From contig JAHHGU010000009.1 in assembly GCA_019359765.1 (NCBI GenBank), positions 18,776-82,775 of the forward strand: 64,000 nt of DNA. Direction: 5' to 3'. The notes beneath the pieces were generated by a model. That model saw only the letters and a program-made list of their open reading frames with translations. It ran no database searches and was not told the DNA's origin. This stretch comes from Aphanothece sp. CMT-3BRIN-NPC111 (GTDB taxonomy: Bacteria; Cyanobacteriota; Cyanobacteriia; Cyanobacteriales; JAHHGU01). The translations under genes were made by a program, and so were the position numbers. Positions 31,360 to 42,488 of the stretch are shown here, one piece after another. The first letter of the stretch is position 1. Every line of letters starts with the position of its first letter.

Positions 31360-31441
31360 AATAAACATTATGAATCCAGGTTGCACGAGCGGCCAATCTT
31401 TGCTATTTCAATGCGTGATTTCCAGTTCGCGTGCCAGCAAC

Positions 31442-31768
31442 TTAATAGCGTCCAGGAGAAGAATTTCCGTAGCCACCACCTCTGTTACCTCCGCCCCCAC
31501 TGCGGCCACCACCACCTCTATTATCTTCACGGGGTTTGGCTTTGTTTACCTTAAGGTCACGCCCCATCCACTCGGCTCCATCTAGTGCTTCAATAGCTGC
31601 TGTTTCTTCAGCCTCTGTTGCCATTTCTACAAAAGCAAAGCCCCGCAGACGTCCAGTTTCACGGTCTGTGGGGACATTAACCCGTTTTACGGTTCCGTAT
31701 TCTGCAAAAACAGAGCTGATGTCGTCTTGCGTAACGTCGTAGGAGAGGTTACCTACATAAATCGACAT
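31442..31768 (-). CDS. rbp: RRM RNA-binding protein with Gly-rich tail
   Basis: SIYVGNLSY and RGFAFVEM (RNP2 and RNP1). Confidence 0.96.
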   Translation of the reverse strand: MSIYVGNLSYDVTQDDISSVFAEYGTVKRVNVPTDRETGRLRGFAFVEMATEAEETAAIEALDGAEWMGRDLKVNKAKPREDNRGGGGRSGGGGNRGGGYGNSSPGRY

Positions 31769-31789
31769 GAAATACCTCCAATGTTAAAA

Positions 31790-31885
31790 AGTGTAGAGAT
31801 TCAGTTTCGGAGATATGCCTGCCGATACAGAATAATACATTGTTTGGCAATTCTGTAACAAAGAACAAAACCTACAACCGAATCA
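31790..31885 (-). promoter_or_regulatory. rbp 5'-UTR conserved boxes
   Basis: Minus strand TTCGGTTG...TTTTGTT...TCTCCGAA (31813-31806), resembling the boxes of cold-regulated cyanobacterial rbp leaders. Confidence 0.55.
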
Positions 31886-32085
31886 AATTCAACATTGGTA
31901 CTTTAACATACATCACTTTCACTCTCTAGACCCTTTTTAAGCACTGAGAGATACTCGTCGGGTTGGAGTAATTGGCACAGGACTTACACAACTGGTGGCT
32001 CTGTCCGCTATAGGTAGGGGCGACACCTACGCCGCCCCTAGAGTGGTGTTTGATCTAAGACGCCGCTGAGGCTATCTCCCTGAGT

Positions 32086-32481
32086 TTAGTCCTCTGGAGC
32101 TTCTGATAAACGGGTAATGTCATCCTCTCCAAGGTATTCTCCATTTTGGACTTCAATCATGACCAGTGGAATTACTCCTGGATTTTCGACGCGGTGAGGC
32201 GTACACATTGGAACGTAGGTTGACTGTTTTTGCATCAGCGTTGTCTCGTCACCATTACAGATCACTTTGGCTGTACCAGAGACGACAATCCAGTGTTCGC
32301 TGCGGTGATAGTGCATTTGGGTACTAATGTGATGACCTGGCTTTACCTCTATGCGATTAATTTTGTAGCGTTGGCTTTCTTCTAAAACGGTAACTGTGCC
32401 CCAAGGTCGTATCCGCGTAGTAGTTAGATGCGAAGGTCGCAGATCAATTGGATCTGGCTCATCATTGTGATTTTGAGTCAT
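32086..32481 (-). CDS. Cupin, type II mannose-6-phosphate isomerase C-terminal-like
   Basis: RPWG, QMHYHRSEHWIVVSG and EVQNGEYLGEDDI. Confidence 0.9.
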   Translation of the reverse strand: MTQNHNDEPDPIDLRPSHLTTTRIRPWGTVTVLEESQRYKINRIEVKPGHHISTQMHYHRSEHWIVVSGTAKVICNGDETTLMQKQSTYVPMCTPHRVENPGVIPLVMIEVQNGEYLGEDDITRLSEAPED

Positions 32482-32711
32482 TGCTTGCTTCCCAATTCGG
32501 CTACTTCTAGGGTATTTCCTTCTTAAGCGCTACCAGCAATGGGGGTGGAATGTTAAGGGATACGTTACAAGGAGCAATAGGCTACGGCAAGGGGCAAGCT
32601 GCTCTACAGATGTAGAAGTGATCTTTGTGAGGGACTTTGGGTACTCTAACTTTGACACTATTGTAGTGAACGCTTTAACTAGGACGCGCTCCAAAAAGGG
32701 GATTATTAAAG

Positions 32712-32945
32712 ATGTCTCAAGAGATTGCTAAACAATTTTTAGCAGATGTTGCTCACAATACAGCTTTGCGAGAAAAGTTTTATACAGTAGGGAACCCGGA
32801 TGAGTTCCTCAACACTGCTCAGGAATTAGGCTATATCTTCACAGGTGAGGAGTTCAAGGCGGTCGTCCAAGAACATAGTGAGGGGGTTATGGTGAGAAGA
32901 AAGACTGGCGTTTGGCAATGGCTGCGAAGCGTTAACTGGATCTAG
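32712..32945 (+). CDS. Nif11-like leader domain protein
   Basis: MSQEIAKQFL...LREK...AQELGYIFTGEE. Confidence 0.8.
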   Translation: MSQEIAKQFLADVAHNTALREKFYTVGNPDEFLNTAQELGYIFTGEEFKAVVQEHSEGVMVRRKTGVWQWLRSVNWI

Positions 32946-33269
32946 TGCCTGGTGAGTTGGTAGCGATCGCACCGATTGACCATTCCCATAACCCTGGAAT
33001 AGGACCAGAGAAGTCTCTTGCGCCCCCTTCTCTCCTATGGGCCTCTGTTGGGGGGGTTAGGTTTTGGATGATAGGCTAGGGTGCGATCGCCTATTTCATC
33101 CAAGAAAGGCGATCGCGCCCCCAGTTTTTTCATTAGAACTCTTGCACGGCGTCGAGCAACCTTTTGCTCCAAATCTTGTGTAAATCTAGTGTTCATCTTT
33201 GGGTGAAACTCCAAAAAACATACTTTTGTAATAAGTCTATTCACTTTATCCGCCTTTAAGACAATTCTC

Positions 33270-34472
33270 ATGCCCTACCTAAAAGCGCAACATTTAACTG
33301 CCCAACTGCGGAAGTTTAATGAAAAATCAGAAAAAACTAACCGTAAATTAATATACTTTGGCGGTAAAATACGCTTTCAGTCAGAAACTGATTTAGAAAA
33401 TTATATCGAAACCAATTTTAATGAGATATTTCCTGATTTTGTTTTATTAAAGCGACAACATAGTATTAAAATGCAGCGATGTGATTTATTCGGCTGTGCT
33501 AAATCCAATAAACAGCCAGTGATTATTGAGTTAAAAAATGAAGAAGACAGATATATAGTTTCTCAGCTAATTCGGTATCGTAAAGCTATTTTGACAGATA
33601 AACCTTTTGCCGACGAAATAGATTACTCATTGCCAGTCAAGCTAGTAGCGATCGCACCTAGCTTTCATGAAGATAATTATACAGACAAAGAAGCTTCTAA
33701 GTTTGAGAATGATTTGTGCTTTTGGGCGTTTCGTGTTGAAAATCAAAATAACTCAGGTAAGTTTAAACTATGTGATAATACTTATGATATCCCTTACCCC
33801 ATATTTGGTTTACCCGATGTCCCAGCAAGCTCAGATGTAGCTGGTAATATTTTACCTGCTTTCACTTTGAACTTTGTAGGAAAACTACCAACAGAGTATA
33901 TAAATGATTTTATATATCTGCGTTCCCTGTTTATGTCTCAACCGAAAATCAAGGAAATGGTTAGCCCATCGTATAGTAAAATACTCTACGGTACTGGTCA
34001 AGGTGAAAACCATAAAAAGCTGGCAGAAATAACTAATACTAATAAAAGTGTATGTTTATTTCTTTGGTTGCCAACCCACGTTAAAACAAATATAAAAATA
34101 CCTGTAGCCCGATTCGGGTTTATTTTGGCTAAGGATAACAGTCCTTTGTCTAAAACTTCCATTATTGAATGGATAGTATGTACTAAAGATAATATTGAGC
34201 TTAAAAATAAACCTAGCACTAATATAGGTCTGTCCTCAAACAGGCATGGTATGGTAAAATGGTCTCAGCCTAATTTATACATTGCACAAGCTACATTCGG
34301 CTCGTCAAATACCTTTTGGTTAATCATGTATCTTCTAAAAGGTATTACGCCACCTATTGATGATGCTACTTCTCAATGGTGGGAATCATACAAAATAGAA
34401 AATCATAATGGGCTAGGCTGGTATATCGACTTGGCTATAAAAACTTGGAATTATCGGTTTAAAAAGCCCTGA
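33270..34472 (+). CDS. NucS/DUF91-like PD-(D/E)XK endonuclease domain protein
   Basis: SETDLENYI...RCDL...VIIELK...SQLIRY; AT-rich. Confidence 0.7.
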   Translation: MPYLKAQHLTAQLRKFNEKSEKTNRKLIYFGGKIRFQSETDLENYIETNFNEIFPDFVLLKRQHSIKMQRCDLFGCAKSNKQPVIIELKNEEDRYIVSQLIRYRKAILTDKPFADEIDYSLPVKLVAIAPSFHEDNYTDKEASKFENDLCFWAFRVENQNNSGKFKLCDNTYDIPYPIFGLPDVPASSDVAGNILPAFTLNFVGKLPTEYINDFIYLRSLFMSQPKIKEMVSPSYSKILYGTGQGENHKKLAEITNTNKSVCLFLWLPTHVKTNIKIPVARFGFILAKDNSPLSKTSIIEWIVCTKDNIELKNKPSTNIGLSSNRHGMVKWSQPNLYIAQATFGSSNTFWLIMYLLKGITPPIDDATSQWWESYKIENHNGLGWYIDLAIKTWNYRFKKP

Positions 34473-34580
34473 CTGAAATAAATGATTTACACTGTAGTGA
34501 GAACTTAAGCCCTCACTACAGTAGTAAATTAGGAAAAATCGGAATAGCGATAGTGTTCTAGTTTACCCATTTAAAATCTA

Positions 34581-34820
34581 TTACTGTAAAATACCTTCAA
34601 TTTCTTCATCAGTAAAGCCAAATTGCCTGAAAATACGCAGTACATAAGCCGGTGACATTTCTCCTACTCCCATATCTATAGGAACTACTCGGCGCTGTTC
34701 TTCAAATTCACGTATGTATAAGCAATGGTCTCCTTTTCCTTCTCTATAAAATCTGCATCCGCCTTTCTCCAGCAACTTAATTAGCTCTTTGGGTTTAAGG
34801 GAAGGTATATTTTTAGGCAT
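34581..34820 (-). CDS. hicA: HicA-family toxin
   Basis: KPKELIKLLEK...GKGDH...VVPI; catalytic His intact. Confidence 0.82.
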   Translation of the reverse strand: MPKNIPSLKPKELIKLLEKGGCRFYREGKGDHCLYIREFEEQRRVVPIDMGVGEMSPAYVLRIFRQFGFTDEEIEGILQ

Positions 34821-35088
34821 AAACCTTTCTTAATTCATATATCTCTGACCTTTGCTCTTGCTCCTCAACCATCAAGAACTCATGCAATTCTTCTATTGAA
34901 ATAGGAGCAGTATAAATACCTGATTTTTTTTCATAAACAGTTTGGAAAGAATCAATAGCATCTTTCAGCTTGCTAATTGCATTTTCTTGGGTATTACCTT
35001 GCCCTACTAGCCCATTTTCTAGGCACAAAGCAACCCAATAACCTGCACTTTGTCTTATTACTACTGTGTAAAAATCCATACTGTTCAC
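34813..35088 (-). CDS. hicB: HicB-family antitoxin
   Basis: YWVALCLENGLVGQGNTQENAISKLKDAI; overlaps hicA. Confidence 0.8.
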   Translation of the reverse strand: MNSMDFYTVVIRQSAGYWVALCLENGLVGQGNTQENAISKLKDAIDSFQTVYEKKSGIYTAPISIEELHEFLMVEEQEQRSEIYELRKVYA

Positions 35089-35133
35089 CTCGTATGTGAC
35101 GGTGTAAGGTGGGCATTGCCCACCTTACTTTGA

Positions 35134-37749
35134 TTATCTCCCAGCCGCTGTAGGCATCCCCAAAATATCTTCTATTCGGGGCATTTCTTCCAGTGGAATT
35201 ACGCGACCTTCATCCTCAAAATTAGCAATTTGATCGAAGTTGAGATAGCGATACAAGTTATCAGCAAAAGGATGAATCTTGTGGGCGACAATCTCTAGAT
35301 ATTCCTGCACTGTGGGAATACGACCTAACATTGCACAAACTGCTGCTAATTCAGCGGAACCGAGATAAACTCGCGCATCTTTACCCATGCGGTTATTGAA
35401 ATTGCGGGTGGAAGTAGAAAACACCGTTACCCCATCAGCAACCCGCGCCTGATTACCCATACATAGACTACAACCAGGCATTTCTGTACGCGCACCTGCT
35501 GCATTAAATACTCCGTAGATACCCTCTTCTTTTAATTGATGTTCATCCATGCGGGTTGGGGGACAAATCCACAAGCGGGTTTTAACAGTTGATTCACCTT
35601 CCAACACTTTTGCAGTAGCGCGGTAGTGACCGATATTAGTCATGCAGGAACCGACGAATACTTCTTGGATGGGATCGTTAGCAACCTCAGACAACAGCTT
35701 GACATTATCAGGGTCGTTCGGTGCGGCAACAATGGGTTCTGTGATCTCGTTAAGGTCAATCTCGATAATTTCCGCATACTCCGCATCTGCATCTGCTTCC
35801 ATAAGTACCGGATTCTCTAACCACTGCTCCATCTTGGCAACGCGACGCATAATAGTACGGGCATCTTGATATCCCCGCGCTGCCATATTTTTCAACAGGG
35901 CTACATTCGATCGCAAATACTCTGCTACTGTCTCCACACTCAGCTTAATCGTGCAACCAGCACAAGAACGTTCAGCGCTAGCATCGGTGAGTTCAAAAGC
36001 TTGCTCTACCTTTAAATCTGGCAAACCTTCAATCTCCATAATCCGCCCGGAGAAGACATTTTTCTTATTTTGCTTCTCCACAGTTAGCAAATTTTTTTGC
36101 ATCGCCACATAGGGAATCGCATTCACGATATCCCGCAGCGTGATACCTGGTTGCAACTCGCCTTTGAACCGCACTAAAACAGATTCCGGCATATCTAGCG
36201 GCATCACACCTAAGGCAGCTGCAAAGGCAACTAACCCAGATCCAGCTGGGAAGGAAATCCCCAAGGGGAAGCGGGTGTGGGAGTCGCCGCCAGTTCCCAC
36301 GGTATCTGGTAGTAGCATCCGGTTTAGCCAAGAGTGGATAATGCCATCGCCGGGACGCAAGGCAACGCCTGCGCGAGAGGAAAAGAAGTCTGGCAGTTCC
36401 TGGTGGGTTTTGACATCAACGGGTTTGGGATATGCTGCGGTGTGACAAAAGCTTTGCATCACTAAGTCAGCACTGAAACCTAGGCAGGCAAGTTCTTTTA
36501 GTTCGTCGCGGGTCATCGGCCCTGTGGTATCTTGGGAACCGACTGTAGTCATGATCGGGTCGCAGGAAGTACCGGGGCGAACTCCTTTAAGACCGCAAGC
36601 TTTCCCGACCATTTTTTGAGCCAGGGTGAAGCCTTTCCCTGTATCAATCGGGGGGCGGGGACGGATGAATAGGGGGCTGGGTTCTAATCCCTGTGCTGCA
36701 CGGATTTTATCGGTGAGTGTGCGCCCAATTAGTAAGGGGATGCGTCCACCTGCGCGTACTTCGTCGGTAATGGTATCTGGCTTGAGGGTAAAGGTGGAAA
36801 TGATTTCTCCAGCTTCGTTGGTAATTTCCCCTTTGTAGGGATGGATGGTAATGACCATCCCGGTTTCCATGTTGGTGACATCGCACTCAATAGGCAATGC
36901 CCCAGAGTCTTCGGCAGTGTTAAAGAAGATGGGCGCGATCGCACTTCCTAAAATATATCCCCCCGCCCGCTTATTCGGCACAAAGGGTATATCTTGTCCA
37001 ATATGCCACAGCACGGAGTTAATAGCCGATTTCCGGGATGAACCTGTACCCACCACATCCCCTACATAAGCAACGGGATGCCCTTTTTCCTTTAACTGGG
37101 CGATTGTTTCCAAGCTTCCCGGCTGCCTAGATTCCAGCATAGCTAAGGCGTGCAAGGGAATATCCGGGCGCGTGGTCGCATGGGTGGCGGGTGACAAATC
37201 ATCTGTATTCGTCTCTCCCGGTACTTTAAAGACGGTGACAGTAATGGCTTGTGGCAGGGGAGGGCGACTGGTGAACCACTCGGCCTCATCCCAAGCATCA
37301 ATAACGTGTTTGGCGTAAGGATTGGTTTTGGCTAATTCTTCGACATCGTGGAAGGCATCGTAAACCAGCACAATTTTACCGAGGGCATTTGCCGCTGCCG
37401 ATGCTAGTTTTTCATCAGATGTCTGAAGTAGGTCAATTAAAGATTGCACATTGTAACCGCCTACCATAGTACCTAGTAGTTCTACCGCGTAGGTGGGAGA
37501 AACTAAGGGAGTGGTAATTTCGCCTTTGGCTACAGAGGTGAGAAATGAGGCTTTGACGTAGGCTGCTGGATCGACTCCTGGAGGAATGCGATCGCGCAAA
37601 AGTTCTAACAGCGTCTCTTCTTCTCCCGTTGGGGGATTTTTCAGCAGTTCACACAATTGAGATGTTTGCTGGGCATCTAACGGCAGTGGTGGAATACCCA
37701 ATGCCGCCCGTTCTGCGACGTGTTGACGATAAGATTCAAGCATATTCAA
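35134..37749 (-). CDS. acnB: Aconitate hydratase B
   Basis: [34 protein letters not shown] and [10 protein letters not shown]. Confidence 0.98.
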   Translation of the reverse strand: MNMLESYRQHVAERAALGIPPLPLDAQQTSQLCELLKNPPTGEEETLLELLRDRIPPGVDPAAYVKASFLTSVAKGEITTPLVSPTYAVELLGTMVGGYNVQSLIDLLQTSDEKLASAAANALGKIVLVYDAFHDVEELAKTNPYAKHVIDAWDEAEWFTSRPPLPQAITVTVFKVPGETNTDDLSPATHATTRPDIPLHALAMLESRQPGSLETIAQLKEKGHPVAYVGDVVGTGSSRKSAINSVLWHIGQDIPFVPNKRAGGYILGSAIAPIFFNTAEDSGALPIECDVTNMETGMVITIHPYKGEITNEAGEIISTFTLKPDTITDEVRAGGRIPLLIGRTLTDKIRAAQGLEPSPLFIRPRPPIDTGKGFTLAQKMVGKACGLKGVRPGTSCDPIMTTVGSQDTTGPMTRDELKELACLGFSADLVMQSFCHTAAYPKPVDVKTHQELPDFFSSRAGVALRPGDGIIHSWLNRMLLPDTVGTGGDSHTRFPLGISFPAGSGLVAFAAALGVMPLDMPESVLVRFKGELQPGITLRDIVNAIPYVAMQKNLLTVEKQNKKNVFSGRIMEIEGLPDLKVEQAFELTDASAERSCAGCTIKLSVETVAEYLRSNVALLKNMAARGYQDARTIMRRVAKMEQWLENPVLMEADADAEYAEIIEIDLNEITEPIVAAPNDPDNVKLLSEVANDPIQEVFVGSCMTNIGHYRATAKVLEGESTVKTRLWICPPTRMDEHQLKEEGIYGVFNAAGARTEMPGCSLCMGNQARVADGVTVFSTSTRNFNNRMGKDARVYLGSAELAAVCAMLGRIPTVQEYLEIVAHKIHPFADNLYRYLNFDQIANFEDEGRVIPLEEMPRIEDILGMPTAAGR

Positions 37750-37982
37750 GTCTCCACAAATGACATCAGCTTTCTTTGGCGGTGTTCGCTACGCACGTTC
37801 TCAAACTGGAGCATACAATTGCTGCACCGCCCTTAACAGTTAGAAGTGAACAGAAGGCATCGCCGCTACGAGGGGGCACAGATCAACATTATTAACTATT
37901 GTGAAGTAGTAATTTGTACACGTCACTGCAACTTCCCGCTAGGGGGGAATTTCTCGGTGGCTAAAATGCGCTTGTTATGGGT

Positions 37983-38029
37983 AAAAAATAAAAAAGGGCG
38001 ATCGCTCTAGATCTACCCTACTTTTTTTT
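37983..38029 (-). terminator. Probable terminator downstream of the pirA-like gene
   Basis: aggg...ccct stem flanked by A- and T-tracts. Confidence 0.45.
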
Positions 38030-38091
38030 AATTCCACACTGACAAGCAAATGTGGCTTTATCCCTGAAGCACAAAAGCGAAGCTAATTTAC

Positions 38092-38496
38092 TTAAAAAGC
38101 TATCTGCTTTGACTCCGCCTCCAGCAGGCGAAGCAGGCTTTCATCGCCCTTAGCTCTGGCTATGTTGAGCCTGCGTTCTAGGCTGCGGCGGATATTCGCT
38201 TGGTGAGCTATTGCCGCCTCATCCAGGAAGTTTTCACTACTTTTAGGGATTGGCAATGTCTTACCCGCAATTCTTGCCACAGGTTGATCTGCCACGGTTC
38301 CTTGTGCTGATGGCTGATTATTACCGTGGGCAACGCCACGATACATTAACTTAGGAACTGGTGGGGGTAGCGGAATATGCCTGACATAGCGAAAGCTGAA
38401 ATTTTGTCCCCGGTACTTACCGCAAATCTCGGCTTCCGTCACTTCCAGCGTGGGTGGATGGTTTTCGTAGTTGACACCGCGATAAGAGAGTTCCAT
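38092..38496 (-). CDS. pirA: DUF4278 (YRG-repeat) N-terminus fused to a PirA-like C-terminus
   Basis: Three YRG motifs as in the IF17 N-terminus; C-terminal HQANIRRSLERRLNIARAKGDESLLRLLEAE resembles PirA. Confidence 0.65.
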   Translation of the reverse strand: MELSYRGVNYENHPPTLEVTEAEICGKYRGQNFSFRYVRHIPLPPPVPKLMYRGVAHGNNQPSAQGTVADQPVARIAGKTLPIPKSSENFLDEAAIAHQANIRRSLERRLNIARAKGDESLLRLLEAESKQIAF

Positions 38497-38631
38497 ATGC
38501 TTCGCCTGTGATTCTATTTCCTGAATGTTGATTACAAACTGAGATACCCTCGTTGAGTATCGCGCTCTAGTTTCGCCTCCTCAGGAGATCTGGCTGGAAG
38601 AGCAGCGATTAGGCAAATTCAAAACTATTTC

Positions 38632-38647
38632 TGTATCTATTTTTACA
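38632..38647. promoter_or_regulatory. NtcA binding site
   Basis: TGTA-TCTATTTT-TACA (GTA-N8-TAC), overlapping the predicted -10 downstream of a minus-strand TTGACA (38667-38662). Confidence 0.75.
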
Positions 38648-38740
38648 ATTTTTCTAAGAAGTGTCAAATATTAATAAATGTTAAAAGCATATTCAACATG
38701 ATAGGTAATCTCAAGTTTGTTTAATTGCCATGTCTGGAAT

Positions 38741-40648
38741 TCAAAGCTCCACATTATTAACTAAATCATTAGAAAATTGAGCAGACGCAGGTTTGACAAT
38801 TTCAAGGATCAGCTCGTTTTCTACGACTAACTTCTTTTGGTCAACAAAATCAAAAATTTCCTCTTTGCTTAATCCGTAATCTTTACGAGCACTATAGATA
38901 GACAGAATAGCTAAAAGAGGCTTGATATGTTCAGCCTCCAACGGCACTAATTTTCCACTTAATGGAGGAGATAGCAGTTGAGTTAAATTCTCTTCAGCTT
39001 GAATATCAGCGAAGTTAATTTCTGGGGAACTAACTAAGCAGCCACGAGTCAGGTCAAACTTTTGGTAATCAATTAGTCGCTTTAATCCATTGGCGAATTC
39101 TATACCGTTAGATGACGGAGTTACCGCGACACCAATTTTGACTGTTTGCTCGTCTTCCTTACCAAGGATTTTGAAGTCAATATAACCTTTGTTTGCACCT
39201 TGAGGTTCAACTTTATCAATGCGCTCTACTTCTAATTGGTCTAGGGTTTTTCCTATAACGGTAAAGAAGCACAGCAAAAGAGCAGCAGCAACTGTAGGCT
39301 TATCCTGCAACAAGTTTCCTAGAGATTCTTCAACAGTTGTAAGTTCTTTATTGAATAAAGCTTCAACAGGATGAGCCTCTACTAAGTTCAAGTCATCTTT
39401 CGCTTCATGGACATTTATCGTTGCATCAGGAACTTTAAAATGTTCTGCACACCATTGCAAAACTTGCCGGATAGTGGTTTTTTGTTTCCCAAGTTTTTTA
39501 AGCTGGCTTTCTGTAAACGGGTAAACAGGATCAGGGGGAACTAAATTTAGTGTTTCGTAAAAATTGTTAAGCAATACAGTGACTAGCTCAACAATAGAGT
39601 CTCCATCTATATATTTTAACTCAATCGGATCTTTTGTTGCTGCTGAAACCCGATAGGGAAGACCGCCAGGAAGGGTATTTATTTGCAGTTTCCATGTATC
39701 GGGTAGCATTACTGTTAGAATGATCACCCCATGACTGCGGCTGGAGAGAGTAAGACTGTCAAACAGATTTTTAACTAATTCAGCAACCACCTGTGCTTTG
39801 GTAGCACCAGCATTATTGAGCGTGACACCCTCTAGTTCGTCAAAACACACAAGTAGGGGTCTATACTCATCGATTAAACTCAATATTTGGAGAACAAAAT
39901 CAAAAGCTTGAGCTTCTCGCTCTTCTTGAGAGTGATTGGGTAGCCGCAATTCCGCAGCTTTTGCCTCGGATAGATCGTTCCCAGATAACCATTTAATGGC
40001 GTAAGCTGCATGGTTTTCTGAGAGAGTCAATAAAATAGCCCTAATAATATCTGGATCGATGTTGGGTTTACTTTTACTAATTACTGAAGTTAGGCTATCA
40101 ATAAAGCTATTATTTTTCTCAATAACATATGTAAATTGGTTTGCGACTATATCTTTAGGCGATTGAATAATTTTTTCTACTTGCCCTAATTTATTAACAG
40201 ATGTGTAAGCTTCTATCAAGATATCAACAGCTAGTTCTTGCCACTGGCTGATGCCTTGGCTACCAATTTGATTAAGGCTATGTGATAAAATTTGTAAAAA
40301 TTGGTATTGAATCAGGTTTAATTCACTAAAGTTACTGGCGCTAGCATAGATAAATAGAGCGTTATCCTCATTTAGCAGCAAGTGGCGAATGCGGCTAATG
40401 AGGTGAGTTTTACCAATTCCTTGTTCACCTGTTATGGCAATTGAGGTGACTTTGGCTTGACTAGAGCTAAGTTGTCTAATCGTTTGAAAAATAGCATCAG
40501 AAGCGTGAGCATTCAGAGTAGGGATATCAAAAAATTCTGGCTCCCAAACGTCTTGAATTCTGACAGCGGCACCTCTATCCAGAAAGGGGTTATGGGTTTG
40601 GATGGCAGCGTTGAGTTCTTCAATAGAAGAATTAGAAGATATGCTCAT
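38741..40648 (-). CDS. P-loop (AAA+/STAND-like) ATPase, paralog 2
   Basis: Walker A GEQGIGKT, Walker B LLVCFDE. Confidence 0.85.
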   Translation of the reverse strand: MSISSNSSIEELNAAIQTHNPFLDRGAAVRIQDVWEPEFFDIPTLNAHASDAIFQTIRQLSSSQAKVTSIAITGEQGIGKTHLISRIRHLLLNEDNALFIYASASNFSELNLIQYQFLQILSHSLNQIGSQGISQWQELAVDILIEAYTSVNKLGQVEKIIQSPKDIVANQFTYVIEKNNSFIDSLTSVISKSKPNIDPDIIRAILLTLSENHAAYAIKWLSGNDLSEAKAAELRLPNHSQEEREAQAFDFVLQILSLIDEYRPLLVCFDELEGVTLNNAGATKAQVVAELVKNLFDSLTLSSRSHGVIILTVMLPDTWKLQINTLPGGLPYRVSAATKDPIELKYIDGDSIVELVTVLLNNFYETLNLVPPDPVYPFTESQLKKLGKQKTTIRQVLQWCAEHFKVPDATINVHEAKDDLNLVEAHPVEALFNKELTTVEESLGNLLQDKPTVAAALLLCFFTVIGKTLDQLEVERIDKVEPQGANKGYIDFKILGKEDEQTVKIGVAVTPSSNGIEFANGLKRLIDYQKFDLTRGCLVSSPEINFADIQAEENLTQLLSPPLSGKLVPLEAEHIKPLLAILSIYSARKDYGLSKEEIFDFVDQKKLVVENELILEIVKPASAQFSNDLVNNVEL

Positions 40649-40976
40649 CGGGATCTGTATTAAGGTAGGGAACTAGATAATTTGCTAGAAACGTTCTACC
40701 CCTTTAGGGGTACGGGGTGAAAGGCAAGGCAGAATGAATGTGTCTAGCTAAGTTAATCCTATATTAAGCTGCTGTGCATCTAATACAGGATAGAACTGGC
40801 AGCTTGTGTTGCCTGCGCTATAGGAAGCCTGAAACTTACAGACTTGCAAGTTAAATGCGCGATCGCCTAAAAGCTGACGCTAACCTTAAAAAGGTCAATA
40901 TATCTTACCCGATCCGGGACGATATTCCTCGCGTACCTAAGCCGAAGCACTCTAACGGCCGCTACTCCAGGCAAAT

Positions 40977-42488
40977 CTAGCTGCTTATATGGGGAAGAGG
41001 CGGGGGGTTTTGTTCAATTGGCAAGTCGCGCAGGAAGTAAAAGCGATCGCGCCTCCACTCATCCGCCTTAATTCGCCCCAAGTAACCAGCCAAAGGGGAG
41101 CAAAGCTCGATCAGAATTTCGTGCAGTTCTCGATCTGATAAAGATTTCGGTGGATTAGAGGCATCATAGACACCACAAAGGCGTTCAACTCCCACTGCTT
41201 CTAGTTTTTTCTCTTCTTGATACTTCTTCAAAACTTGGACTAGATGCGATCGCAGTTTGATACCTTGTTGAACCTTATCAATATAGCTGTTAACTTTATC
41301 GTCAACTACGCCAAACGGCTCTTGTTGGAAACATTGTTTCAGTTCTAGCAAATTTATAGAGCCTTCGTGCTTGGCTTTGAGTTCAACTAGCTTTTGCAAA
41401 GTTTCAGGGCGAATGACATTCATTTTGTTTTCAATAGCTGCTTTACGAGCTGGCTCAGTTAAAGGGCCAGCAGCAAAAATTAACTTGATAGAGTGGTCAA
41501 ACTGTACTTGACCGAGATGAGTCACACCCAAATGGATGAGTTGGGCTGTGACGCTGTTCGGCACACTTTCATTTTTACTGGCTTTGCATTCACCAACAAC
41601 TGGATAGGGAGCCTCACAGTAAATATCTATTCCTCCCGCCCCTCCAGTTGCATTAGGATCGAGACTTGCTTTTGAATTGCGATTAGAGTTTGTGAAACCT
41701 AGCTTGATAAAGCTCTTGCGGACTAGCTTTTCAAATGCTTGACCGTCACTGGAGTTCCCTACCTCAGCAATTTTATGAATCCAGGCTAAATCGGGGTTAG
41801 GTTGTGTTACGGGTGAAGATTCAGTCCAACCTAGAAATATTTTGAGTTCGCCGTCTAGCTTTTTAGCGGCTGGGTTGGTAATGGCTAGCTGCGCGATCGT
41901 TCCCTGCAACTCTTCTAATTCAGGATGTGGCGGTGGCAGTCGATGTTCTAGTTGGTGTCGGCGTTGGGCGAAGGTGCGATCGCTCAACACTGGCGATGAT
42001 TCCGAAACCGTCAGAGAATGTTGTAAACCAACAAACTTGCCCAGTTGATTTTGATTTTCAGGACTGACAAGAATTTCAATCGGCTCAGGTATCAGATAAA
42101 CACGCAGGTAAGCGATAAAAATATGCGGTCGTGGCAAAAGTATTTCCTGTAAGGCTTCTCTTCTCCAAACTGTTAATCGTGATAAAGCTTCTAAAGGTTC
42201 TGTCTTATCCCAAATTTGGCAAAACTCACACCTAGCCCAAGCTTTAGTTTTAACTGTTTCAGTATTTTCGTTAATGATAGCAGTCTGGGCAATCGGCAAA
42301 AAACTAGCTCGGTAGCATTCTTCCAGTGGTAGAGCATTAATCGATCTGTCAGACGGATACAGGGCAAATTGCCGTCCCTGCTCAATAGTTACTCTAGGAG
42401 TCGTTGCAATCATCTGCCCCTGAATTAAGGCTTCAACATCAGGGGCAGGTAAACATAAGGCTGTATAAATTGGAACTAAATTACTCAT
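40977..42488 (-). CDS. DUF1802-like N-domain + Mrr-like PD-(D/E)XK nuclease + C-terminal wHTH-like domain
   Basis: N-terminal ALIQGQMI...FALYP...AYLRVY; nuclease motif FEKLV...LGF...GGIDI...GECKAS. Confidence 0.7.
   Translation of the reverse strand: MSNLVPIYTALCLPAPDVEALIQGQMIATTPRVTIEQGRQFALYPSDRSINALPLEECYRASFLPIAQTAIINENTETVKTKAWARCEFCQIWDKTEPLEALSRLTVWRREALQEILLPRPHIFIAYLRVYLIPEPIEILVSPENQNQLGKFVGLQHSLTVSESSPVLSDRTFAQRRHQLEHRLPPPHPELEELQGTIAQLAITNPAAKKLDGELKIFLGWTESSPVTQPNPDLAWIHKIAEVGNSSDGQAFEKLVRKSFIKLGFTNSNRNSKASLDPNATGGAGGIDIYCEAPYPVVGECKASKNESVPNSVTAQLIHLGVTHLGQVQFDHSIKLIFAAGPLTEPARKAAIENKMNVIRPETLQKLVELKAKHEGSINLLELKQCFQQEPFGVVDDKVNSYIDKVQQGIKLRSHLVQVLKKYQEEKKLEAVGVERLCGVYDASNPPKSLSDRELHEILIELCSPLAGYLGRIKADEWRRDRFYFLRDLPIEQNPPPLPHISS

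Noticed and set aside
33035-33271. 78-aa minus-strand ORF
   Set aside because: Spans HIP1-rich intergenic DNA, with no RBS or family signal
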